From: Limnochordia bacterium
GTDB lineage: Bacteria; Bacillota; Limnochordia; DTU087; JAAYGB01
Reading direction: 5' to 3'
Assembly: GCA_041687495.1 (NCBI GenBank)
Contig: JAWLBR010000003.1
Coordinates: forward strand, 5,173 to 69,172
DNA: 64,000 nt
In this document: piece by piece, positions 1-7,582 of the stretch
How the letters are laid out: each line of letters starts with the position of its first letter
How positions within the stretch are numbered: position 1 is the stretch's first letter
Translations under genes and position numbers: made by a program
Notes under the pieces: generated by a model
The model's database searches: none
What the model was told of the DNA's origin: nothing
The model's input: the letters and a program-made list of their open reading frames with translations, nothing else

Positions 1-204
1 TGAGCATCTACCAGGATGTCGTTACGAGAGGGGAGCCCCATTCCGTTACGCATAAGACTTACTCGCCAGTAGGTCTTGCCGTTAATCTCCTCTTTGCCGA
101 TTCGGAGAACCTGCGCCGGATAATCTACTTGCTCCATCGCGCTGATTGCGTCATCATCTTCGGACACAGTATCCGCTGGTGTGATTTAAGATCTTGGTGG
201 CACT

Positions 205-638
205 GTGTTGGCTGAAGCTTTCTCCATTGTAACGCAGTCTGAGGACCCAAGCATTACCCACTGCGGTGGCCCCGAGTGCGAGCGGTGTAAGGACAGTGTA
301 CTGGGCGGGCCGATCCTCGGAGAACAAGGGAGAGTCGCCAGAATAGCCCATGAGCTACCTGAGGCCGACGGGAGCAGGCTTCCTGATGCTACCATTGCTT
401 CGTATGAACGGGATTTTCTGACCGCTATGAATGATGATATTAATACACCCAAGGTCTTGGCCATTGTCTGGGACTTAACCATAAGGAGCAACTTCCTGCT
501 GATTTGATGGCGAAGATTAAGGAGCGAGAGGTCGACCGGGCAGCAAAGGATTGGGCCACATCCTTCGGGCGCAGCGTGAGGAGCGAGTACGATCTCAGAA
601 AAAACAGGCTTGCTCCTGAGAGTAATCCTGCGTTCTGA
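205..638 (+). pseudogene. Degraded C-terminal fragment of a class-I aminoacyl-tRNA synthetase, probably cysteinyl-tRNA synthetase
   Basis: ORF 205-507 ends ...ERDFLTAMNDDINTPKVLAIVWDL (cf. CysRS FxxAMDDDFNTPxALAVLFDL). A shifted frame from 507 reads ...QLPADLMAKIKEREVDRAAKDWA (cf. the CysRS tail ...IxERxxARKxKDF/W). The two pieces are in different frames and about 30-40 aa are missing between them. No catalytic HIGH/KMSKS domain is present upstream. Confidence 0.35.
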
Positions 639-662
639 GATCTCGCCTGGTTCGGAGGCTAC

Positions 663-1694
663 CTATGCCTTGTCAAGTTGGATGAGAGCCGCACGAATGA
701 ACTCGTCGCGCCTTTCCGTAGCACCGGGCACAGTTGCGGCCCACCTTGCCAGACTAGCGGGAGTGTTCAGAGCTGCGACAAGATCCCAGTACGCAACATC
801 TTCAGCTTTTTGACCAGCCGCCTGTTGCCACCCCTCCAGAGCCTCATCGGCGGCACGCAGACCGAAATGGAGCGACCCCTCAAAACGCAGATCTCCTAAA
901 TCAATGCCATAGTGGCCAGCGCCTGCTCCTTCCCAGTCAATAATGCCGATGACAGCACTATTGTTCCATACTGCATTTCCGATACTGAGGTCGCCATGGA
1001 CAAATAGTGTTTGGTTCACAGGCACCTGGAACTGCTTAAGTTGCTCCTCAGCTGCCCGGATAAGTGGTGTGGTGCGGATTTTCAAAAGCTTGTCCTTGGC
1101 CGTGTCAACCGACCAGCCCGGTCGCTGACTCAGTACCTTCGCTAGAATCGCTTCCTGTTCACATTTCGAAGCAGCCTGATATTGCGCTGCCCACCGACGT
1201 TCGGTGACGAAGTCCTCTCCCTGTCGGGGACGAGTCCGCAGTGGCAGATCCGGTTGTGGTGACAGTGGAATGTCATGCAACTTGGCAGCGGCCGCTCCTA
1301 GGTTTCGCAGGGAAGTCACATTAGGGGCATGATGGCTACCTGGCAATGCCGTTGACAATATCGCCAGCACTCCGGTTTCTGTCCCGTCAAGGTCAGCAGC
1401 AAGCAATTGAGGTGCTGCGATCCCATGCTCTTCGGCAAAGGTTAATCCAGCGACCTCACAGGCAAAGGCGTCTCGCATTTTCACCGCCATAATTCGATAA
1501 GCCGAAGCTTCAGCAGGCCCGGTCTTCAGCACGGCTTCAGTGGTTCCTCGCCTGTGCGTGATGCGTAAGAGCCACGGCCCCCGATCCCCGGCATTCTTGC
1601 GGAGAGCTTGTACACTTACTACCTTTGCACCAGGATCCATCGCCTTAGCTGCCCAAGACAAGATGGGTTTCATCGATTGGTCATCGAGTAACAT
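663..1694 (-). CDS. APH/Mph-family antibiotic kinase-like phosphotransferase (aminoglycoside/macrolide phosphotransferase fold)
   Basis: 343-aa ORF with the Brenner motif HGDLSIGNAVW and IIDWEGAGAGHYGIDLGD (the APH DxD/DWE region). It is Ala/Arg/Gly-rich and looks GC-richer than its neighbours. SD GAGGAGG lies 13 nt upstream of the ATG. Confidence 0.8.
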   Translation of the reverse strand: MLLDDQSMKPILSWAAKAMDPGAKVVSVQALRKNAGDRGPWLLRITHRRGTTEAVLKTGPAEASAYRIMAVKMRDAFACEVAGLTFAEEHGIAAPQLLAADLDGTETGVLAILSTALPGSHHAPNVTSLRNLGAAAAKLHDIPLSPQPDLPLRTRPRQGEDFVTERRWAAQYQAASKCEQEAILAKVLSQRPGWSVDTAKDKLLKIRTTPLIRAAEEQLKQFQVPVNQTLFVHGDLSIGNAVWNNSAVIGIIDWEGAGAGHYGIDLGDLRFEGSLHFGLRAADEALEGWQQAAGQKAEDVAYWDLVAALNTPASLARWAATVPGATERRDEFIRAALIQLDKA

Positions 1695-1810
1695 CCTGAG
1701 TCTGATACCTCCTCGTCAGTTTGCCTAACGGGCTATGTCCAAGAGTATACTAGTTGTGCATCGGCTGACCAGTTCCTTTATATCATCCCGGCTCTGCGGC
1801 AGCGTCCTAT

Positions 1811-1839
1811 TTGACCGCGGATGGCAGAAGTGCTACACT
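1811..1839 (+). promoter_or_regulatory. Sigma-A-type promoter for the ABC-F leader (TTGACC, 17-nt spacer, TACACT)
   Basis: TTGACC at 1811-1816, 17-nt spacer, TACACT at 1834-1839. Divergent to a TATACT -10 at 1745-1750 on the minus strand serving the kinase gene. Confidence 0.5.
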
Positions 1840-1875
1840 TAATAATGCAGTATCGACTAAGGGGGATAAGCACTG

Positions 1876-1923
1876 ATGTGGAGCAACAGATTGCGTTTCC
1901 TAGCTTTGAACACTAGTGAATAA
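1876..1923 (+). CDS. Leader peptide uORF (15 aa, MWSNRLRFLALNTSE) upstream of the ABC-F gene
   Basis: SD AAGGGGGA at 1862-1868, 9-nt spacer, ATG at 1876, TAA at 1921-1923. It is followed by a small hairpin (1939-1954) and two intrinsic terminators before the ABC-F start. Confidence 0.5.
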   Translation: MWSNRLRFLALNTSE

Positions 1924-2021
1924 ATAGGTTCAAAGCCTCTGTCTGTGGAGACAGGGTAAACGGGAGCGATCTGCCCTTCTTTAGCGATTCTCATTGTGTC
2001 TGGATAACTATGTGTTGCGTG

Positions 2022-2057
2022 CAAAGAGGTGGTTTCTTCTGCCTCTTTGTTTTATTG
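2022..2057 (+). terminator. Attenuator terminator 1 in the ABC-F 5' leader
   Basis: Stem caaagagg (2022-2029) pairs with cctctttg (2042-2049), 12-nt loop, then TTTTATTG. Confidence 0.5.
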
Positions 2058-2140
2058 TCTGCAAAAAGTAGATCCTCTTGATGACAGCTGGGCCACCGCT
2101 CCTTTGTCAGCAAACTTGGGTTCCACGCGTTTACTCTTAA

Positions 2141-2169
2141 CCACAGGCAGAGTGCCTGTGGTTTTCTTG
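2141..2169 (+). terminator. Attenuator terminator 2 in the ABC-F 5' leader
   Basis: Stem ccacagg (2141-2147) pairs with cctgtgg (2155-2161), loop cagagtg, then TTTTCTTG. The ABC-F SD GGAGGGA (2194-2200) follows. Confidence 0.5.
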
Positions 2170-2206
2170 ATCTTGTGACGGGAAGAAGCAAACGGAGGGA
2201 ACGACT

Positions 2207-3670
2207 GTGGAACAACTATGCGTAGAGCTGTCGGACATAGAAGTGTCTTTCTTGGATGAACCGATCCTACAGATTCCCAAGCTGACGGTGTATCAGTTTG
2301 ACCGAATCGGAGTCGTAGGAAAAAACGGAGCGGGGAAGAGCACTTTGTTGAAGCTCATGGATGGGCGAATGAGCCCCAATAAGGGGAATGTGAATCGGCT
2401 CATTACCTTCGGGTACTTTGATCAGCTCGAAGAGCCGGCTGAGGCAGATGCCGATTATGAGCTGTTGGGAAGACTTTCGGTTCCGCAAACTCCCGCTGCT
2501 CACCTAAGTGGTGGGGAAGAAACACGGCTGAAGCTAGCCCAGTTGTTGTCAACTTATTACGAGGGAATGCTGATTGACGAACCAACGACTCACTTGGATG
2601 CTGCCGGAAGGGATTTCTTAGTGGAGGAGCTGAGGTACTATTATGGAGCCCTTGTCTTGGTCAGCCATGATCGATATGTGCTGGATCAGCTGGTGACAAA
2701 GATCTGGGAAGTAGACGATGGCAGAGTAACGGAGTACTCCGGGAACTACTCCGCTTATGTTGAGCAGAAAGACATGGCTAGGATCCAGCAACAAAGGGAG
2801 TACGAGAAGTACACCAAAGACAAGGCTCGGCTCCTAGAAGCTGCAGAGGAGAAAATGCGGAAGGCAGCCAAGATTACCCAGGCAAATCGGCATGTGTCCA
2901 AGAGAAGTGCGAAGGCGAAGACAAATCGAATGTTCGAGACAAAATCGAAGGACACCAGCCAGAAGTCGATGCAGCGAGCTGCCAAGGCCATTGAACAGCG
3001 GGTAAACCAGATGGGTGTCGTCGAAGCACCGGGAAAAGAAACTGACATTCGTTTTCCTCAGACGCCAGCGCTGCAACTGCACAACAAATTTCCGATCATG
3101 GCCGATGATTTGACGCTGAAGGCTGGTGAGAAAACTCTCTTGAGAGAGGTCCGGTTCCAATTCCCTCTTGGTAAGGTCATTGCCATTGCGGGGGGAAACG
3201 GCGCAGGGAAGACGACGCTCTTGCGGCACATAGTAGACCGGGGCGAAGCCATGACCATTTCTCCTAAGGTTGTCTTTGGGGTGTATGAACAAATGGACTA
3301 CCGGTTTAACCAGGGCGAGACGGTGCTGGCCCATCTAAAGAGTAGGAGTGATTACAGAGAGGGCAAGATTCGTTCTGTTTTGCACAACATGAATTTTGTC
3401 GGGAACGATATCAAAAAGGATGTTCGCCAGCTCAGTGGGGGTGAGGCTACACGTCTCGTATTGTGCCGACTCTTCCTGGGTAGGTACAACGTATTGGTGC
3501 TCGATGAACCGACGAACTTTCTGGATGTAGACTGCATAGAAGCGCTAGAACAGTTGGTCGCGGGATACGAAGGGACTATTTTATTAGTCTCTCACGATCG
3601 AGTGTTTGTCGAGCGAGTAGCCGATCACGTCTACGACATTGAGGACGAGCGGCTCACCTTGCGGTATTGA
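2207..3670 (+). CDS. ABC-F family ATPase of ARE (antibiotic-resistance, ribosome-protection) type; two ABC domains, no transmembrane domain
   Basis: 487 aa, GTG start with SD GGAGGGA. Walker A GKNGAGKST and GGNGAGKTT, signatures LSGGEETRL and LSGGEATRL. A ~95-aa charged interdomain linker (QQQREYEKYTKDKARLLEAAEEKMRKAAK...) and the short overall length resemble Msr/Lsa/Vga rather than EttA/Uup. An uORF attenuator lies upstream. Confidence 0.85.
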   Translation: MEQLCVELSDIEVSFLDEPILQIPKLTVYQFDRIGVVGKNGAGKSTLLKLMDGRMSPNKGNVNRLITFGYFDQLEEPAEADADYELLGRLSVPQTPAAHLSGGEETRLKLAQLLSTYYEGMLIDEPTTHLDAAGRDFLVEELRYYYGALVLVSHDRYVLDQLVTKIWEVDDGRVTEYSGNYSAYVEQKDMARIQQQREYEKYTKDKARLLEAAEEKMRKAAKITQANRHVSKRSAKAKTNRMFETKSKDTSQKSMQRAAKAIEQRVNQMGVVEAPGKETDIRFPQTPALQLHNKFPIMADDLTLKAGEKTLLREVRFQFPLGKVIAIAGGNGAGKTTLLRHIVDRGEAMTISPKVVFGVYEQMDYRFNQGETVLAHLKSRSDYREGKIRSVLHNMNFVGNDIKKDVRQLSGGEATRLVLCRLFLGRYNVLVLDEPTNFLDVDCIEALEQLVAGYEGTILLVSHDRVFVERVADHVYDIEDERLTLRY

Positions 3671-3674
3671 TATC

Positions 3675-3782
3675 ACCTTCTGCCGTTGATCTCGGAGAAG
3701 GCCTTGCGTGGGCGAAGGGATGCTGTTAATCATTATGATCCTTCGCCCTCGCACCGCTTTGCTTTGGGGCAGTTCCAGGTAA
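3675..3782 (+). promoter_or_regulatory. Candidate leader/attenuator region upstream of the heterodimeric ABC exporter: hairpins plus a possible 20-aa uORF MLLIIMILRPRTALLWGSSR
   Basis: Hairpins ccttct/agaagg (3678-3700) and gggcgaagg/ccttcgccc (3711-3751, 21-nt loop). An ATG at 3720 opens a 20-codon ORF, but its SD spacing is poor, so this is speculative. Confidence 0.25.
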
Positions 3783-3934
3783 GTTTGCCTGTATCTTGGT
3801 CACACTACAGGCGCCGAGTTGGAGTAAGCCCCTGTCTCGGTCTTAAGGCTGAGTGACTCTCAGACCACAGCCTCTGTAGCCGGCAGCCGTTCGATGGTAT
3901 CCTATAGCCATACCGTTGAAGGGGAGGATGAGGA

Positions 3935-5674
3935 ATGGCTAGCAGAACCTTACTTAAGCGGATGTTCCTGGAGCAGAAGAGTTTGTTGAAACTTGCTCGC
4001 TGGATACCCGTTGTCGCGATACTAGAGATAATCCTTACAGTGAGTACTGCCCATTTTTTTAGGGGTGGCATAGATATCGCCCTTGCCGGTGGCGAGACGT
4101 ACATTCGATTTGCTTATGCTTTGATGGCAGTGATCATCAGCCTCTCACTCACTATTTATTTGAGAGAGCTAATCGTTGGACTGCTCAGCGAAAGAGCAAT
4201 CGCCGCGCTTCGCTCCAAAGCAACTCAGCAGCTTGCGTATTTACCGATACCAACACTAGAGCGTATGCACAGTGGAGACAATCTATCTAAGCTGACAAAT
4301 GACATCCAATTGGTCAAGCGCTTTCTCGACTCGGAAGGATATCAACTGGTCGTAACGCCGCTCATGGCGGTAGCCTCCTTGGCCTACATAGTCTATCTCA
4401 ACTGGCAGCTTTCACTGGCAAGTATCATCGTAATTCCGATGATGATGCTGGCGACGGTGAAGCTCTCTGCACCTTTGCAAAGTTACAGTAAAGCCCTCCA
4501 AGAGGAATTGGCGAACATCAGCAAAACCAATCAGGACATCCTGGGCGGAATTCAAATCGTAAAGTCATTTAACCTGATGGATGTGGTACTAACCGGTTTT
4601 CGGAGGCAAGTGGACGAGTCCGTGCGCCGAGGCAGGGCTATTGCTGTGCGCCGGGCAGTTGTGTCGAGTGTCTCTACCTTCCTGAGTTTTGTCCCATTCT
4701 TGACGCCGCTGGCCATCGGCAACTATCTTATCACCCGGGGGCAGATGTCGGTGGGAGCCCTGTTGGCATTTATCAATCTGTTGAATAACTTAACCTGGCC
4801 CTTATCGCAATTGCCCAATCACTACGCCAGCTACAAAGGAGCATTGGCCGGCCTGAGCCGGATATATGAGTTGATCGATATGGAGCCGGAAAGGCAGACA
4901 GGAGCCATCTTCGCATCCGACGGTGAGCAAATAGTTCGTCTAGAGAACATCCGTTTTTCCTATACAGATCAGGACGTCTTACAAGGTCTGACCTTTACCA
5001 TCACCAAGGGCGAAACAGTGGCCTTGGTTGGACCCAGTGGCGGGGGAAAGTCAACGATCTTCAAACTGATTACCGGGTTTTATCGGCCCAGTGAGGGTCG
5101 CGTCGAGTTATTCAACCATCCATTGGAGGACTGGAAGTTAGAAGCTGTGCGAAAAGAAATCGCAGTGGTCTCCCAGGATACCTACCTGTTTCCCACCACG
5201 ATAAGGGAGAATATCGCTTTGGGTCAAGACGATATCTCAATGGAGAAAATCATTGCTGCGGCCAAACAGGCCAATGCCCATGATTTCATTCTGGGATTAC
5301 CCGGTGGGTACGACACCCTAGTCGGTGAAAGGGGAGCCAAGCTTTCCGGTGGGCAAAGGCAGCGGATATCGATAGCTAGGGCCATTCTCAAGGATGCTAA
5401 GCTGCTGCTTTTGGATGAGGCAACCTCTGCCCTGGATACGGAATCTGAGCATTTGGTGCAGCAGGCCTTGGAAGAGGCAATGACGGACAGGACCACTATG
5501 GTGATTGCCCATAGACTGTCTACCATCAAAAACGCCGACAGAATCATGGTTTTGGCTGGGGGAACAGTTGTCGAGACAGGCAGCCATGATGAACTCCTAG
5601 AAGCGAACGGGACTTATAGTCGACTGTACAACAGAAACCTCTTTCAGCAGAATACTGAAGGCGGGGTGGCGTAG
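3935..5674 (+). CDS. ABC transporter permease/ATP-binding protein (type I exporter half-transporter, subunit 1 of a heterodimer)
   Basis: 579 aa with an N-terminal 6-TM domain followed by an NBD: GPSGGGKST, LSGGQRQRISIARAIL, LLLLDEATSALD, AHRLSTI. The stop TAG 5672-5674 abuts the ATG of the next gene (translational coupling). Confidence 0.9.
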   Translation: MASRTLLKRMFLEQKSLLKLARWIPVVAILEIILTVSTAHFFRGGIDIALAGGETYIRFAYALMAVIISLSLTIYLRELIVGLLSERAIAALRSKATQQLAYLPIPTLERMHSGDNLSKLTNDIQLVKRFLDSEGYQLVVTPLMAVASLAYIVYLNWQLSLASIIVIPMMMLATVKLSAPLQSYSKALQEELANISKTNQDILGGIQIVKSFNLMDVVLTGFRRQVDESVRRGRAIAVRRAVVSSVSTFLSFVPFLTPLAIGNYLITRGQMSVGALLAFINLLNNLTWPLSQLPNHYASYKGALAGLSRIYELIDMEPERQTGAIFASDGEQIVRLENIRFSYTDQDVLQGLTFTITKGETVALVGPSGGGKSTIFKLITGFYRPSEGRVELFNHPLEDWKLEAVRKEIAVVSQDTYLFPTTIRENIALGQDDISMEKIIAAAKQANAHDFILGLPGGYDTLVGERGAKLSGGQRQRISIARAILKDAKLLLLDEATSALDTESEHLVQQALEEAMTDRTTMVIAHRLSTIKNADRIMVLAGGTVVETGSHDELLEANGTYSRLYNRNLFQQNTEGGVA

Positions 5675-7405
5675 ATGCAACAGTACAAGATTATGCTGGA
5701 CTTGTTACGAGAACAAAGAGGCAAGTACCTGGTCGGACTCTTTTTGCTCGGTATTGCTAATCCCTTGAGTAATATTGCCGCATCGATACTCTTTATCGAT
5801 GTCTTCGACAAAGCAGTATATGATGCCAGCCTCATCCCGGCGATTATTGCCAAGTTTTCGCTACTCATCCTGGTGGAGGCCACCATTACTCCCTTAGGCG
5901 GATATCTAGTGAACTTCTCTGCTCTCAAGACAACGGCAAGGTTGAGAGAGCAGGTCTTAAGAAAGCTGATTCGGTTAGATCAAACCACATTGAATAAGTC
6001 CCATGGTGGAGATCTCATCTCCCGGTGCACCAACGATATTCAAATAGCCGAAACTGCTTACAAAGAACAGATCCAACAGGTGGGTCAGGTGTTGCTCAAT
6101 GGAGTAGGCTGTAGTTTGTTTATGGTTATTCTGAACTGGAGATTTGCGGTGGCGTTGATGGTCTACCAGATGGTAATGCTGCTGGTAGCAACCCGCTTTG
6201 CCAAGGCATCGAAACAAGCCAGCGAAGAAGTGCAATCTGCTTTGGGCAAAGTCACAGAGAAGATCTCCGACATCTTGTCAGGTTTCCAGGTCATCCGGCT
6301 CTTTAGCATCGGCGAGTATATCGTTGACAAATTCAAGCTGCAAAATGAGCATGCGAGAAATAAGTCCGAGACAAAGGTTAGGCTTAATGCTGCGTATCGG
6401 GGTGTAAACAACTTTGCTTGGAGCAGTTCCTTTGTCGGCTTCATTGCCATTAGTACTTGGTTTCTGGCACGGGGCGATGTGTCCTTGGGGACAATTGTCG
6501 CCTTAACCCAGGCGCAGAATGGAGTCACGCAACTGTTCACTTCATTGGGAACGTACATTTATCAATTGCAGGCATCTATGGCTGGATTTGACCGCATACA
6601 AGAGCTGATGAGAAAAAAGGATGAACCCCAATACTATCCCCTTACCGGGACAGAGTACTGCGATGATGCTGCCTTGAGTTTGCGTAATGTCAGCTTTCAC
6701 TATGAGGATGGTGCGAAAGTAATTAATGATTTAAGCCTATCCATCGATAGGGGGGAGACCATTGCTATCGTAGGCCCCAGTGGTGGAGGGAAATCCACCC
6801 TCCTGAAACTTATCCTGGGTTTTCACTATCCCCAGTCGGGGGGAATATCAATTATGGGTAAACCTGCTAGTAAGTATACATTAGCAGAGATTCGAGATCT
6901 GGTCGCGTTTGTATCTCAAGATCCCTATCTCTTCAGCGGGACAGTCCGGGAGAACATATTGTATGGGAACCCAAGCGCTACCGACGAACAGGTCATCGCA
7001 GCCGCTAAGCAAGCAAATGCCCATGAGTTTATCCAAGGGTTAGGGGAAGGATACGACACTGTGGTGGGAGAGCGGGGAATATTCCTATCAGGGGGACAGA
7101 AACAACGGATTGCCATCGCCAGGGCTATTCTGAAAGACGCCGAGATATTGCTGCTAGATGAAGCAACCTCAGCGCTGGACAATGAATCAGAAGCACTGGT
7201 GCAGACTGCCCTTGATGAGTTGATGAAAGAGAAGACCTCGATAGTGATTGCTCACAGACTATCGACGATAGAAGACGCAGACAGAATCTTGGTCATGGAT
7301 CAAGGAGAGATTGCCGAACAAGGAACCCATCAGGAGTTGCTGAAGCAGGGAGGTATCTATGCCAGCCTATACAGTCTCCAGTTTAGGGAAGATCAAATAG
7401 CATAA
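5675..7405 (+). CDS. ABC transporter permease/ATP-binding protein (type I exporter half-transporter, subunit 2 of a heterodimer)
   Basis: 576 aa: GPSGGGKST, LSGGQKQRIAIARAIL, ILLLDEATSALD, AHRLSTI. Arrangement is LmrCD/BmrCD/EfrCD-like. Confidence 0.9.
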   Translation: MQQYKIMLDLLREQRGKYLVGLFLLGIANPLSNIAASILFIDVFDKAVYDASLIPAIIAKFSLLILVEATITPLGGYLVNFSALKTTARLREQVLRKLIRLDQTTLNKSHGGDLISRCTNDIQIAETAYKEQIQQVGQVLLNGVGCSLFMVILNWRFAVALMVYQMVMLLVATRFAKASKQASEEVQSALGKVTEKISDILSGFQVIRLFSIGEYIVDKFKLQNEHARNKSETKVRLNAAYRGVNNFAWSSSFVGFIAISTWFLARGDVSLGTIVALTQAQNGVTQLFTSLGTYIYQLQASMAGFDRIQELMRKKDEPQYYPLTGTEYCDDAALSLRNVSFHYEDGAKVINDLSLSIDRGETIAIVGPSGGGKSTLLKLILGFHYPQSGGISIMGKPASKYTLAEIRDLVAFVSQDPYLFSGTVRENILYGNPSATDEQVIAAAKQANAHEFIQGLGEGYDTVVGERGIFLSGGQKQRIAIARAILKDAEILLLDEATSALDNESEALVQTALDELMKEKTSIVIAHRLSTIEDADRILVMDQGEIAEQGTHQELLKQGGIYASLYSLQFREDQIA

Positions 7406-7526
7406 AATGCCCTGCAGATGGAGGCCAGTCAATCTTATCTGTTATGGATTACGGCCTTGGTTAGGGTCTCGGATACGATCGGATTTTGGTTCTTCTCGCA
7501 GTATCTAGCGGCTTATGCACAGAAAA

Positions 7527-7557
7527 ACAAGGCCCACTAATGCGGATTAGCGGGCCT
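7527..7557. terminator. Bidirectional intrinsic terminator between the convergent ABC exporter and leuS
   Basis: aaggccc-ACTAATGCGGATTAGC-gggcctt: a 7-bp GC stem with a nested ctaat/attag pairing. An A-run precedes it on plus, giving a T-run after it on the minus strand. Confidence 0.6.
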
Positions 7558-7582
7558 TGTGGTGACTCTAGTGGATGCCTGT

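Noticed and set aside
154-491. Minus-strand ORFs 154-351 and 186-491, plus edge-truncated ORFs in 1-230 (plus frame 3 and minus frame)
   Set aside because: They overlap the CysRS-like remnant, which carries the only recognisable motifs here. The minus-strand ATG at 137 has no SD. The window edge prevents resolution.
2267-3537. Minus-strand ORFs inside the ABC-F gene (2267-2503, 2403-2585, 2755-3048, 2834-3334, 3058-3258, 3352-3537)
   Set aside because: They are antisense to a gene with clear Walker and signature motifs. They lack start signals and show low-complexity composition.
3805-4104. 99-aa minus-strand ORF overlapping the start of the first ABC exporter
   Set aside because: It overlaps a well-supported gene start and SD on the other strand. 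No homology is evident.
3935-7405. Degenerate (non-catalytic) nucleotide-binding site expected for heterodimeric ABC exporters
   Set aside because: Both half-transporters show canonical Walker A, signature LSGGQ, Walker B D-E and H-loop motifs. Heterodimer status therefore rests only on gene adjacency and coupling. I did not claim an asymmetric site.
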